From: Patescibacteria group bacterium
GTDB lineage: Bacteria; Patescibacteriota; Patescibacteriia; UBA9934; GWF2-40-263
DNA length: 64,000 nucleotides
Direction of reading: 5' to 3'
Assembly: GCA_004297215.1 (NCBI GenBank)
Contig: SCUM01000001.1
Span: 400-64,399 of the forward strand
The translations under genes and the position numbers were made by a program. Below the pieces are notes generated by a model, which was given only the letters and a program-made list of their open reading frames with translations, searched no databases and had not been told where the DNA came from. This document shows, piece after piece, positions 54,285 to 64,000 of this stretch; within the stretch, counting starts at the first letter, position 1, and each line of letters opens with the position of its first letter.

Positions 54285-56192
54285 ATGGCCGCCTACGCAT
54301 CCGTCATAGACGCGTTGTCGAAGAACGACCTTTGGGGCGCGCGCGACGTGCTCCTCGAGAAGATCCTCAAGGAGGTAGAAGGCCGCCACAGCTGGGACGC
54401 CCCGTGGTACAGCGCGGACAAGGCGGTCCAGCAGGGCATCCGGCTCGCCCCGGAGCGCAACAAGCTGTTCTCGTATTTCGGGCTGGAGAACCTGTACGAC
54501 CGCTACCTCCTGCGCGACGAGGCGGGAAAGATCGTGGAGGAGCCGCAGACGTTTTACGCGCGCATCGCGACCGGCATCGCGCGCGGGGACGCCGCCTTCG
54601 CGCAGGAGCTCTATGACATCATGAGCCGTCACTGGTTCCTGCCGGCCACGCCCGTGCTCATGAACGTCGGCACCGACAAGGGCCTGCCCATCTCCTGCTT
54701 CCTCAACACCGTGCCGGACACGCTCGAGGGGATCTTCGACCTGTATCGGGAGAACGCCTTCCTTGCCAAAAACGGCGGGGGGATCGGCACAGACTGGTCG
54801 CGCCTGCGCGGGAACAACGCCCCGCTCAAGAAGAGCGGCCTCAAGTCCTCCGGGGTGATCCCGTTCCTCAAGGTCATGGATTCCGAGACGCTCGCCATCT
54901 CGCGCAATTCCATCCGCCGCGGGGCCGCCGCCGCCTACCTGCGCATCGACCACCCGGACATCGAGGAGTTCCTGGAGATCCGCAAGCCCACGGGCGGGGA
55001 CATCGACCGCAAATGCCTCAACCTGCACCAGGCCGTGGTGCTCACCGATGATTTCATGCGCGCGGTGGAGAAGGGGGAGACGTATCCGCTCGTCGACCCG
55101 CACTACAAGACGGTCGCCAAGAAGCTGGATGCGGTGGAGATGTGGCGCAAGATCCTCACGATGCGCGCCGAGACCGGGGAGCCGTACATGATGTTCCTCG
55201 ACACGGTGAACCGCGCCGTCCCGCCGCATCACCGGCAGAAGGGGCTCCTGGTGAACCAGAGCAACCTGTGCGCGGAAATCGTGCTTCCGACCAACGACGA
55301 GCGCACGGCCGTCTGTTGCCTGTCCAGCCTCAACCTCGAGCGCTACGACGAGTGGAGGGACCGGATGGGGCATGTGGTGGCGCTCGCCGTGAAGGCGCTT
55401 GACAACAACCTCGACACCTTCATCGAGATGGCCGATCCCGTGGAATTCAAGAAGGCGATCTTCTCGGCCAAGTCGGAACGGTCCGTGGGCCTCGGGGTGA
55501 TGGGGTACCACGGCTACCTCATGAGCAAGGGATTCCCGTTCGAGAGCGTGGCCGCGCGCGCGTTCAACAAGGAGTTCTTCGCCCTCCTCCAGGCGCACGC
55601 CAATGCCGCGTCGGAAGCGCTCGCCAAGGAGCGCGGGCTCCCGCTCGACGGGGGGACGCGTCGCAACAGCTATCTGCTGTCGCTCCAGCCCACCGCGTCC
55701 ACCGCGTTTTTATGCGGCGAGGCATCCCCTTGCGTCGAACCGATCACCGGCAACGCCTACCTGCAGAAGACCCTTTCCGGCAGCTTCCTCGTGAAGAACA
55801 AGTATCTAGACAAGCTGCTCACCGAAAAGGGGATCAACGACGAGGAAACGTGGAAGTCCATCATCGCCGGGCGCGGGAGCGTGCAGCACCTCGATGCGCT
55901 CACCGACGCCGAGAAGGCGCTCTACCGCACCGCCGAGGAGATGAACATGCGCGAGATCGTGCAGCAGGCGGCGGACCGCCAGCCGTTCATCTGCCAGGCC
56001 CAGTCCATCAACCTGTTCTTCCGAGCGCCCATCTCGGGCAAGTACATGCACGAGACGCACATGCTCGCCTGGAAGGCCGGGGTGAAGACGCTCTACTACC
56101 TGCGCTCCAGCGCGCCCATCGAGGCCGACAAGATCGACATGAAGTCGTTCAAGCGCGACCTTGCCAACGAGGAATGCGCGGTCTGCCAATGA
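54285..56192 (+). CDS. nrdA: Class I ribonucleotide reductase alpha subunit (no ATP-cone)
   Basis: ATPVLMN, ISCF, GGGIG, SNLCAEI, CCLSSLNL, PTAST, KTLYY, C-terminal CxxC. Confidence 0.95.
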   Translation: MAAYASVIDALSKNDLWGARDVLLEKILKEVEGRHSWDAPWYSADKAVQQGIRLAPERNKLFSYFGLENLYDRYLLRDEAGKIVEEPQTFYARIATGIARGDAAFAQELYDIMSRHWFLPATPVLMNVGTDKGLPISCFLNTVPDTLEGIFDLYRENAFLAKNGGGIGTDWSRLRGNNAPLKKSGLKSSGVIPFLKVMDSETLAISRNSIRRGAAAAYLRIDHPDIEEFLEIRKPTGGDIDRKCLNLHQAVVLTDDFMRAVEKGETYPLVDPHYKTVAKKLDAVEMWRKILTMRAETGEPYMMFLDTVNRAVPPHHRQKGLLVNQSNLCAEIVLPTNDERTAVCCLSSLNLERYDEWRDRMGHVVALAVKALDNNLDTFIEMADPVEFKKAIFSAKSERSVGLGVMGYHGYLMSKGFPFESVAARAFNKEFFALLQAHANAASEALAKERGLPLDGGTRRNSYLLSLQPTASTAFLCGEASPCVEPITGNAYLQKTLSGSFLVKNKYLDKLLTEKGINDEETWKSIIAGRGSVQHLDALTDAEKALYRTAEEMNMREIVQQAADRQPFICQAQSINLFFRAPISGKYMHETHMLAWKAGVKTLYYLRSSAPIEADKIDMKSFKRDLANEECAVCQ

Positions 56193-56215
56193 ATGGAGAA
56201 GGCGTAAGAATCAGC

Positions 56216-56242
56216 AAAAGAGACGATGAATCGTCTCTTTTG
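56216..56242 (+). terminator. Intrinsic terminator-like hairpin
   Basis: aaaagagacga tgaa tcgtctctttt. Confidence 0.65.
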
Positions 56243-56250
56243 TACGAACT

Positions 56251-56538
56251 ATGGTTTTTAACGACGAACAGAAAAAAAAATTCGTTCAACATCTTGATTC
56301 AGTTTGGGAAAAACAAAACTGCTGGATTTGTTCTTCAGATAACTGGACAATTCTAGACAAAGCTTTTCAAGTAACCGAATTTTTTCCAGGTTCCTTACTG
56401 ACTGCGGGAAAAGTGATGCCATTCGTTGCGCTGGTGTGCAACAAGTGTGGCAATACCCTTTTCCTCAACGCTTATAAGGTCGGCGTGCTTAAAGTGGAGC
56501 CGACAGAGGTTGAGAAAGGTCATGCCGAAGAAAAATAG
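56251..56538 (+). CDS. Small zinc-ribbon protein
   Basis: CWIC ... CNKCG pair. Confidence 0.7.
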   Translation: MVFNDEQKKKFVQHLDSVWEKQNCWICSSDNWTILDKAFQVTEFFPGSLLTAGKVMPFVALVCNKCGNTLFLNAYKVGVLKVEPTEVEKGHAEEK

Positions 56539-56878
56539 TAAAATGACTTCTGGCTTCGGGATTCTGACCGAGATGCCCGATCCTGCCCACGAAACTCGCC
56601 TTGCGATTCGGAAGGCTGATTGGAACCGCCTGAAGAAGGGGGTTGCTACAATCTGCGAAGAGGGCTGGTTTGATGTTAGGATTCGGGATATCGGAGTCGG
56701 GGCCCTTGTTGGAGGACTTACTATGCTGATTACGGGTCCGAGGGAATGGGGAGCCGCACTCGTTGCTGCTTCGGTGTTGATTTTGTGGGCAGACAGCATT
56801 CGCCATAAAGGACGGAAAAGCATCTGCCAGCATCTCCACGAAGACATGGTTTCCGTCGAAGAGACCTTCCAAAAGTAA
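56522..56878 (+). CDS. Small 2-TM membrane protein
   Basis: Overlaps the previous ORF; hydrophobic hairpin IGVGALVGGLTMLI...GAALVAASVLILW. Confidence 0.6.
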   Translation: MPKKNSKMTSGFGILTEMPDPAHETRLAIRKADWNRLKKGVATICEEGWFDVRIRDIGVGALVGGLTMLITGPREWGAALVAASVLILWADSIRHKGRKSICQHLHEDMVSVEETFQK

Positions 56879-56977
56879 GACACTCATGACGGGGGTATTT
56901 GTCGCTTGATGCATGGTAGAATAATTGTGCGTTCGAAGTTGAGGAGTGCAGGTCCGGAAGGAAACCTGACAATCCGT

Positions 56978-58327
56978 ATGCCTAACAAGCGTTTTAAGAC
57001 CATTTCTCTTTTTTCTGGTGCGATGGGTCTTGATATTGGCCTGGAAAGGACTGGGGCTTTCGATTTGCTCGCGGCCGTCGAAAAAGAGCCAGTTTTTTGT
57101 GAAACAATTCGACAAAATTGTGCCGCTGGTAGGGTTGGAAATAAAAAACTTTGGGTATACGAAGGGGACATAACAGGATTTGATCCAAAGAGGGTGATGA
57201 AGGATGTCGGCGTCAGCCCAGGAGAACTCGACCTTCTCGTTGGTGGTCCGCCTTGTCAGAGTTTCAGCACTGCTGGTAAGCGAGGGACGGTTTCGGATCC
57301 GAGAGGTACGTTGATTTGGCAGTTCCTCCGCTTCGTCGAGATAATGCGCCCACGCTTCTTTTTGATGGAGAACGTGCGCGGCCTTCTTTCTGCGGCGCTA
57401 AAACAGAGACCAGTAAAAATGAGGCCGGATCGGGGAGGCCCTCCACTTGAGGACGACGAACTTCCCGGGTCGGTCGTCAGGCGATTCGCGGCAGATTTCG
57501 AAAAGATCGGTTATCGTTTTGATTGTTTCGAGGTCAACGCGGTCAATTACGGTGCACCACAAATTCGAGAAAGGGCATTATTTATCGGGAATCGGTTCGG
57601 TGAAGTGGTGGATTTTCCCATGCCGACTCATGGAGTTGGGGACGAACAAATAGCTCAGACGAAGCTGCTCGCTTCAGGTATAACCATGTTCCAACCACGC
57701 CGGACGCTCCGTAACGCGATTGGCGACTTACGAGAAGTGAATCCGGTAATTTTGGATTTCAGTCCGCGGAAAAAACGGTTTCTTTCCCTGATTCCACAAG
57801 GGGGAAACTGGCGTTCATTGCCAGAGGAATTGCAAAAGGAATCGATGGGGAAAGCTTGGAAAGCGAAAGGGGGGCGTTCTGGCTGGTGGCGGAGATTGAA
57901 TTTTGATTTACCCTCGCCAACAGTCGTGACGATGCCAAATCACGCAAGCACAGCTTTGTGTCACCCCACGGAAGTTCGAGCATTGACTTTGAGGGAGTGC
58001 GCGCGGATACAGGAGTTTCCTGATGCGTGGCAGTTCTGCGGAACCGCTCAGCAGCAGTACGCTCAAGTCGGGAATGCGGTTCCAACACGACTTGGTCACG
58101 TGGCTGGCCAGACACTTGTCGGATTGTTGCAAAAACATGTTAGTAAAAAAGGGGAGGCCATTTCTCCACTTGCGCCAAGCCGAGTCATTTATCTTCAATC
58201 ACATATTCGTACACGGCAGTGGTTCAAGAGCGGCCAAGCTGTAATTTGGAAAGACGGGAAGGAAAATCATCAGATGGCACCGAAGACAGTTCGGGCCGAA
58301 AGAGCATTAGCAAGTTATGCCCGGTAG
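56978..58327 (+). CDS. DNA (cytosine-5) methyltransferase
   Basis: FSGAMG (motif I), GGPPCQSFS (IV), ENV (VI), QIRER (VIII), RECARIQEFP (IX), QVGNAVP (X). Confidence 0.95.
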   Translation: MPNKRFKTISLFSGAMGLDIGLERTGAFDLLAAVEKEPVFCETIRQNCAAGRVGNKKLWVYEGDITGFDPKRVMKDVGVSPGELDLLVGGPPCQSFSTAGKRGTVSDPRGTLIWQFLRFVEIMRPRFFLMENVRGLLSAALKQRPVKMRPDRGGPPLEDDELPGSVVRRFAADFEKIGYRFDCFEVNAVNYGAPQIRERALFIGNRFGEVVDFPMPTHGVGDEQIAQTKLLASGITMFQPRRTLRNAIGDLREVNPVILDFSPRKKRFLSLIPQGGNWRSLPEELQKESMGKAWKAKGGRSGWWRRLNFDLPSPTVVTMPNHASTALCHPTEVRALTLRECARIQEFPDAWQFCGTAQQQYAQVGNAVPTRLGHVAGQTLVGLLQKHVSKKGEAISPLAPSRVIYLQSHIRTRQWFKSGQAVIWKDGKENHQMAPKTVRAERALASYAR

Positions 58328-59408
58328 ATCGTTAGATGAGTTTTACATGACGCAACGGAGGCGCACGTCTTTCGATCCGAAGGAGCTGAAGGAACTTTTC
58401 CGTCAGATGGATCAAAAGCGCGTTAAGGCTTTGGCTTCGAGCATCGCGGCGCACATTGCTGCGAATTTGCAACGAACGGTCGAAAGGAAATCGAAGTTGT
58501 CTGACTACCGCACCAGCCCATACGTTCTTACTGCCATTTCGAGCGTGATGAATCTGGCCAAGCCTTTAGATTTAGCGCGATTTCTTCTCGATACCAAGTT
58601 GTATACTGGTTTGGAAACCTCATTTGGCAAACAGATTGAAAGCGCATTCGTACAACATTATCCTTCGCTTGATGGGTTGTCTGGCCGATGGACTGACCCA
58701 ATCGAGAAGTTGGAAGAATTCGCTGGACTCAAAGGGCTTACCAGAGAGACGAAAGCCTCAAAGAGGTCGCATTCGGTTTGGCGAGAGATCGATAAGGAAT
58801 GCACGGTAGGCGACCGCAGATATCTAGTTTCGATAAAAAGCGGTCCGCACTGCATCAATGATACGCAGGTGGCGGGTATGGTTCATGCGATTAAAGAAAA
58901 CTATTTGGAATGGTTGCAGGCAAGCAAGAAAGCGAATCCAAAAGTTAAAGGAATTGATGTAGTTATCGGCTTGACGTATGGGACGCCAGCGACCACCAAT
59001 AATAAAGAAAATCAAATTCTTGTTAAATTAAGGGGAGATGGATTTGAGCCTTTGAAGGGAAAAAATGGAGTACTCGTCGACAAGAGAACAAAATCCGTTC
59101 GGGTTTATCGAGCTGTTGGAATTGACTTCTGGTCATTCATCGGTGACCCCCGTAGTCCAAATAAGGCTCGTCACACATTCCTTGAAGCATTACTTGCATT
59201 ATCTTTGGCCATGCGAGCTGGCGAAGGGCGTGAATCACTTCTTGATTCAATTCAGGCACGAGGCATAGCACTTGCCCGTGCAATTGAAGCAATCGTGTTG
59301 AGTTTTCCCCAAAGCCTTTTCCCCAAATGGGCACATCGGGAATTATCCGATGATGAATTCCTTTGGTTGAGTACGGCCATCACATCATTCTACGATGAGG
59401 GAGTATAA
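58317..59408 (+). CDS. Putative type II restriction endonuclease (PD-(D/E)XK, PmeII-like)
   Basis: Overlaps the methyltransferase; ETSFG...EID...SIKSGP..IN..Q motif. Confidence 0.7.
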   Translation: MPGRSLDEFYMTQRRRTSFDPKELKELFRQMDQKRVKALASSIAAHIAANLQRTVERKSKLSDYRTSPYVLTAISSVMNLAKPLDLARFLLDTKLYTGLETSFGKQIESAFVQHYPSLDGLSGRWTDPIEKLEEFAGLKGLTRETKASKRSHSVWREIDKECTVGDRRYLVSIKSGPHCINDTQVAGMVHAIKENYLEWLQASKKANPKVKGIDVVIGLTYGTPATTNNKENQILVKLRGDGFEPLKGKNGVLVDKRTKSVRVYRAVGIDFWSFIGDPRSPNKARHTFLEALLALSLAMRAGEGRESLLDSIQARGIALARAIEAIVLSFPQSLFPKWAHRELSDDEFLWLSTAITSFYDEGV

Positions 59409-59494
59409 TGACAGAAAGACTCCCGACGCGATGTCGTGGGTTTGCGTTTGACCCATTCGACAGCGCAGGCAAAACGCCGTACAACATGCTGTAT

Positions 59495-60256
59495 ATGCAG
59501 ACGCGCGTCGTCATCCTCGCGGCCGGCAAGGGAACGCGGATGAAGCAGGACCTCCCCAAGCCGCTTACGCCGGTTTGCGGCAAGCCCATCCTCCAGTACC
59601 TGGTCGAGGCCGTCGAAGGGGCAGGGATCGGGGTGGGGGAGCCGATCGTCGTGGTGAACAAGGACCGGCCGGCGCTGTGCGAGGCGTTCGGGAAGAGCTG
59701 CGCGTATGCCGTGCAGGAAGAGCAGCGCGGCACGGCGCACGCGGTCGCGTCGGCCCGCGAGGCGCTGGTCGGCGCGGAGGCGATGATCACCCTCTACGGC
59801 GACCATCCCTTCGTCTGCGCCGACACCGTCCGGCGGCTCGCGGCGTTGCACGCCTCCGCCGCGGGACCGCTCAGCATGCTCACGTTCACCGTGCCGGATT
59901 TTTCCGGGTGGCGCGGCGCCTTCGAGCACTGGGGGCGGGTGCTTCGCGACGGGGCCGGGAACGTCGTCGGCGTACGCGAGTTCAAGGACGCGAGCGAAGA
60001 GGAGCGCCGCATCCTGGAAATCAACCCTTCCTTCTTCTGTTTCGACGTGGCCTGGTTCTTCGGAAACGTCCATCGCGTAAGCGACAAGAATGCCCAGGGC
60101 GAGCATTACCTTACCGACATGGTCGCCGTGGCCGTCTCGGACGGCCACCGCATCAAGGCCGCGTCGGTGGATCCGCAGGAGGCGATCGGCATAAACACCC
60201 AGGAAGAACGGCGGTTTGCCGAGGAGCTCTTGCAAAAACGCCCGTTTCATGCCTAG
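59495..60256 (+). CDS. Nucleotidyltransferase (GlmU N-terminal domain only)
   Basis: VILAAGKGTRM...PKPL, Q.EQRGTAHAV, YGD, E.KD, EIN, N.QGEHYLTD; no beta-helix domain. Confidence 0.85.
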   Translation: MQTRVVILAAGKGTRMKQDLPKPLTPVCGKPILQYLVEAVEGAGIGVGEPIVVVNKDRPALCEAFGKSCAYAVQEEQRGTAHAVASAREALVGAEAMITLYGDHPFVCADTVRRLAALHASAAGPLSMLTFTVPDFSGWRGAFEHWGRVLRDGAGNVVGVREFKDASEEERRILEINPSFFCFDVAWFFGNVHRVSDKNAQGEHYLTDMVAVAVSDGHRIKAASVDPQEAIGINTQEERRFAEELLQKRPFHA

Positions 60257-60303
60257 ACTGTAGTGCCTCTGTCGGCATCATCTGCACGTTTCGGGGAGAG
60301 AGA

Positions 60304-60888
60304 ATGGTGGAAAAGCTACGCGAACAGGAAATGACCGGGCGGGAGATCCAACGGGTCTACTGCATGAATGACGGGGCGGAACGCAGCTTCGTCGTCCGGG
60401 CGGACAAGGACGTCGCCGTCACGGTGGCGTTCGACCTCGAAGGGATGGTGCTGCTGTGCAGGCAGTTCCGTCCCGGGCAGGAGCGGTTCGTGGACGATCC
60501 GCCGGGCGGCATGGCCGAGCCCGGGGAGGATCCGGAAACGACCGCGGCGAGGGAGCTCCTCGAGGAGACGGGCTACGAGGCCCGAGAGCTCATGCGCGTG
60601 TGCGCGCATCCGATGGTCACCAATTCGACCAGGACGGTGTACGGCTTCCTGGCTCGCGGGTGCAAGCGGGTCGCCGAACCCGCCTTGGACGACGGCGAGC
60701 ACATCGAGCTCGTCCGCAAGCCCCTTCCGGAGTTCGTGCAACAGGTCGCGCGCGGCCTGGTGAGCGACTACGGGGCGGCACAGGCGGCGCTGTTGCGCGA
60801 GCTCGTGCCGATGCTCGGAGACGGCGAGCGCGCCGCCTTCGCCGCCATGCAGCTGCAGGTCCTCGCCGGACTGCCGCTGTCGCAGTGA
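60304..60888 (+). CDS. NUDIX hydrolase (ADP-ribose pyrophosphatase-like)
   Basis: RQFRP, PGGMAEPGEDPETTAARELLEETGY, LDDGEHIE. Confidence 0.85.
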   Translation: MVEKLREQEMTGREIQRVYCMNDGAERSFVVRADKDVAVTVAFDLEGMVLLCRQFRPGQERFVDDPPGGMAEPGEDPETTAARELLEETGYEARELMRVCAHPMVTNSTRTVYGFLARGCKRVAEPALDDGEHIELVRKPLPEFVQQVARGLVSDYGAAQAALLRELVPMLGDGERAAFAAMQLQVLAGLPLSQ

Positions 60889-60958
60889 GCGACGCGCGTC
60901 CATGACGGGCGACCGAACCAGCGCGTGGTCCGGTCGTTTTTCTTTTTGCCCGTCGACG

Positions 60959-61966
60959 TCAGATCAGCAGCCAGGAGGCCACGGCGAAGTAGATGGAGAG
61001 CGAAAGCAGGTCCTGGACGATGGTGGTGAACGGCCCGCCGCCCACGGCCGGGTCGCGGCCGAACTTGCGCAAAAGCTCGGGGATGGCGATTGCCACCGGG
61101 CCGGCCGCGACCATCACGAGGAACATGGAAAGCGAAACGATGGCCGCGACCTGCGGCATCCCGGTGAGCAGGAGGGCGAACGGGCCGATGAGCAGGGCGG
61201 ACACGAGGCCCATGGTCGCGTCCACGGCGACCTCGCGCGCGAAGTAGTGGCGCTTGTCGAGGGCCTCGAGCGCGAGCGAGCGCACGTAGATCGTCTGCGT
61301 CTGCGTGCCCACGGCGTCGCCCATGTATACGATCACCGGGATGAAGAAGGCGAGCGCGATCACCGATTCGAGGTCCTGCCTGAACCCGTCCACGAGCAGG
61401 GTGGCGAGCATCCCGCCGAAGAGGCCCACCACGAGCCATGGCGTGCGCCAGGCGATCAATTGCGGCAGGCGCGCGGCGATCACTTCGGAGAATCGCGCGC
61501 GCGTGGCCGCGAGACCGGACGCCGAAAGCACGCTTCGCACGTGTTCCGCCTCGAGGGTCGAGAGGATCTCGTCGGTGCCCACGGCGCCCATGAGCGTCCC
61601 GTCGTGGTCCACCACGGGGAGCATCTTCACCCCGCGGGCGATGGCGCGCGCGGCGGCCACGCGCACGTCCGAGTGCGGATGCACGACGGCGAGGTTGCGT
61701 TTCGCGAACGCGCGCATGGCCTGCATCCCGTCCGAGCGCAACAGCTCCTTGATGGAAACGACGCCCAGGAGGTGGCGCTCGTCATCCACCACATAGACGT
61801 AGGAGACGCTATCCCAAACGGCCTTTGGGTCGGTGAGCCGCCGGCGGGCCGAGGAGACGGTCTCCTCCGGCGGGGCCGTCGGGATCCGAAGCAACATCCG
61901 CCGCGCCGCCGCGTCGGGGGGGAAGTGCGACTTCGCGCGTTGCCGTTCGAGCCCGTTCCTCCTCAC
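60959..61966 (-). CDS. mgtE: MgtE-like magnesium transporter (CBS pair + TM domain, no N-domain)
   Basis: YVYVVD...LLGVVS..EL, R.PWL, FIPVI..MG..VG.Q, DPA..GGPFTT..QD. GTG start inferred from promoter spacing. Confidence 0.85.
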   Translation of the reverse strand: MRRNGLERQRAKSHFPPDAAARRMLLRIPTAPPEETVSSARRRLTDPKAVWDSVSYVYVVDDERHLLGVVSIKELLRSDGMQAMRAFAKRNLAVVHPHSDVRVAAARAIARGVKMLPVVDHDGTLMGAVGTDEILSTLEAEHVRSVLSASGLAATRARFSEVIAARLPQLIAWRTPWLVVGLFGGMLATLLVDGFRQDLESVIALAFFIPVIVYMGDAVGTQTQTIYVRSLALEALDKRHYFAREVAVDATMGLVSALLIGPFALLLTGMPQVAAIVSLSMFLVMVAAGPVAIAIPELLRKFGRDPAVGGGPFTTIVQDLLSLSIYFAVASWLLI

Positions 61967-62020
61967 ATGCGTCGAAGTATAGCGCAAAAACAAAAGGCCG
62001 TCCGCATGGACGGCATCTTG

Positions 62021-62096
<76 letters not shown>

Positions 62097-62159
62097 ATGT
62101 GCCGGAAGGATAGCGGATGCCGGATGCCATGGCAAGGGACATGGTAGGATGGGGCACCT

Positions 62160-62675
62160 ATGCATTGGCTGGCGCTTATCGGTCTGTTTCTCCTCGCCTC
62201 GGTCGCGTATGCGGCTTGGCGCGGGGCGCCGTGGGTGCCCACCTGGCGGCGCGACCTGGACCGTCTGGCCGGCCTTGCCGCTCTCAAGCCCGGGGAGCAC
62301 TTCGTGGAGCTCGGGTGCGGCGACGCCCGCGTGTGCGTCGAGATGGCGCGCCGGTCCGGCGCGCGCGCGACCGGGGTCGAGCTCGGGCTGCCGCAATGGG
62401 CCGCCGCCCGCCTGCGAGCCTGGCACTCGCGGCTTCCCGTGCAGATCGCGCTTGGCGACGCGTTTTCCTTTCCGCTCGCGGACGCGGACGTGGCATATCT
62501 CTTCCTCATGCCAGACGCGCTCGCGAAGCTCGCTCCCAAGCTCGCGGCGGAGCTGCGACCGGGCGCCCGGGTGGTGAGCTACGTGTGGCCCGTGCCGGGG
62601 ATGCAGGTGGTGCGGGAAGATCATGTGGAGGGATCGCCGGTGATCTTCCTACAGGTGAAAAAACTTGAAACGTGA
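62160..62675 (+). CDS. Membrane-anchored SAM-dependent methyltransferase (FAM173-like)
   Basis: GAPWVPT, ELGCGDAR, GVE, ADVAYLFL, EL.PGARVVS. Confidence 0.85.
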   Translation: MHWLALIGLFLLASVAYAAWRGAPWVPTWRRDLDRLAGLAALKPGEHFVELGCGDARVCVEMARRSGARATGVELGLPQWAAARLRAWHSRLPVQIALGDAFSFPLADADVAYLFLMPDALAKLAPKLAAELRPGARVVSYVWPVPGMQVVREDHVEGSPVIFLQVKKLET

Positions 62676-62785
62676 AAACTTGAAACGGTGAAAGGACACG
62701 AGAAAACATGAAACCTTTGAAACGTTTCATCTTTCATCCTTTCCCAAAAACTTTCAAGATTTCAAGTTTTCATGTTTCAAGTTTT
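62660..62785. repeat. Family-D inverted-repeat element
   Basis: 62660-62685 pairs with 62760-62785 (one G-U). Its left arm matches 7773-7797 exactly over 25 bp. Confidence 0.9.
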
Positions 62786-62843
62786 CCCCCTTGGCATTCC
62801 CAAGGGCTGTGCGTATAATCGCCGCAAACACCTTATTGACGTT

Positions 62844-63290
62844 ATGACGATTGACCAACTCCTCTCCGCATCCATCGGGACCGAATGCACCGTGCACAAC
62901 GAGCCGTTCGCCTACGTCGGCCGCGCCGACGTCACCCTCGACGGGGGCGACGTGCGACGCTGGCTCTATGGCGGGGGCGGCGACGTCCTCGCCATCTCTC
63001 CCGACGACGAGGAGATCATCCTGTTCAAGGTCGTCGAGGAGGAGCTGGAGCCCCAGGGCGACACCGTGCTCTACGGCGGCAAGGAATACGAGTTCAGTTA
63101 CGAGGATTCCGGCATCGTTTCCGGCGTGGAAGGGGACGCCTCCGAGGAGTGCGAGGACCGCCTCACGTTCAGCGAATACCAATCCGAGGACGGCGAACGC
63201 CTCCGCCTGGTGACCAGCGAGAACCGGAGCGAGACCTCGGCGTACCTCGGCACGACCGTCGTGGAGGAGGACATCCTCCCGATCGAATGA
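62844..63290 (+). CDS. Acidic hypothetical protein, DUF4178-like
   Basis: IG...V....F..VGR...W..., Y.G.EY...E.G, EY.S.DG..L pattern. Confidence 0.55.
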   Translation: MTIDQLLSASIGTECTVHNEPFAYVGRADVTLDGGDVRRWLYGGGGDVLAISPDDEEIILFKVVEEELEPQGDTVLYGGKEYEFSYEDSGIVSGVEGDASEECEDRLTFSEYQSEDGERLRLVTSENRSETSAYLGTTVVEEDILPIE

Positions 63291-63299
63291 CCGCGCCGC

Positions 63300-64000
63300 A
63301 TGGGGGATGAGCGCCGATCACGCTGGAAACCGCGTACCGCGACGGGCGATCGGCGCACCGGCGTGTTCCGCGGCCTCATGGCGCTGTTCGCCGTCGCGCT
63401 CGTGGGGAAGCTGTTCCTCCTGCAGGTGATGGACCACCCGCTGTACGCGGCGCTCGCGAGCGGCCAGCACGGCATCTTCCAGCGGCTGTTCCCCAGCCGC
63501 GGCGACATCCTCATCCACGACCTCAAGGACGACGCGCTCATCCCGGCGGCCACCAACCAGCGCCTCGCCATCGTCTTTGCCGACCCGCGAGGCGTGGAGG
63601 ACCCGGAAAAGACCGCCGCGCTCGTGGGCGAGGCGTTCGGGTACGACGAGGAGAAGGTGGCGTCGCTCGCGCGGCGGCTGTCGCGCCGCGACGACCCCTA
63701 CGAGCCGATCGAACGCCGCGTTCCTGAAGCGACGCTCGCGCGCGTGCTCGCGCTCGCGCTTCCCGGGATACGGGTCGCGAGCGAGGAGACGCGCTTTTAC
63801 CCGGAGAAGGAACTGGGCGGGCACGTGTTCGGGTTCCTGGGGCCAGACGACGACGGCGCGATGACCGGAAAATACGGCATCGAAGGCTGGTTTGACGAGG
63901 AGCTTGCCGGCACGCCCGGGTACCTGAAGAGCGAGCGCGACATCAGCGGGCGCATCATCGCGGTCGGGGAGCAGTCGGTGATGCCGGCCGTTCCCGGGTC
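63300..64000 (+). CDS. Class B penicillin-binding protein (FtsI/PBP2 family), 3'-truncated
   Basis: Manual translation: TM segment, LF.LQV, PSRGDI, RFYPE..LGGHVFGF, GKYGIEG.FDE.L.G..G. Confidence 0.9.
   Translation, partial: MGDERRSRWKPRTATGDRRTGVFRGLMALFAVALVGKLFLLQVMDHPLYAALASGQHGIFQRLFPSRGDILIHDLKDDALIPAATNQRLAIVFADPRGVEDPEKTAALVGEAFGYDEEKVASLARRLSRRDDPYEPIERRVPEATLARVLALALPGIRVASEETRFYPEKELGGHVFGFLGPDDDGAMTGKYGIEGWFDEELAGTPGYLKSERDISGRIIAVGEQSVMPAVPG

Larger units (their letters stand above)
56193..59420. mobile_element. Low-GC inserted defence island
   Basis: Abrupt drop in GC content and loss of GC3 bias relative to the flanks; carries RM genes. No integrase or terminal repeats were seen. 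Confidence 0.65.

Overview
GC-rich bacterial chromosomal window in genetic code 11 (TGA is used as stop). Gene content (S-layer-like giant protein, DUF5667-like protein, CPR-style hypotheticals, very short leaders) suggests Patescibacteria/CPR, possibly Parcubacteria such as Uhrbacteria (inference). From left to right it holds three paralogous Cys/Asp-rich surface proteins with GEGEGE linkers and a shared unnamed C-terminal domain; a surface-glycan region (O-antigen ligase-like protein, GT2/GT4 enzymes, GT-C-like membrane proteins, dTDP-sugar genes); an ECF sigma/anti-sigma pair, an S-layer-like protein and an S8 protease; housekeeping genes (truD, ctpA, HU, hflX, rpmB, tRNA-Pro, a class B PBP); a class I ribonucleotide reductase whose beta subunit is fused to an ATP-cone and a class II (NrdJ-type) TSCPD domain; and a low-GC restriction-modification island. 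The strongest unexplained signal is a set of about 15 gene-junction inverted-repeat elements (two are half copies) built from 7-8-mer units in at least four sequence families. One copy encloses a low-GC four-helix-bundle gene between perfect 30-bp arms, and the others are 'empty'. Short palindromes also appear inserted in frame inside several proteins. All functional calls come from motif recognition by eye; no database searches were run.
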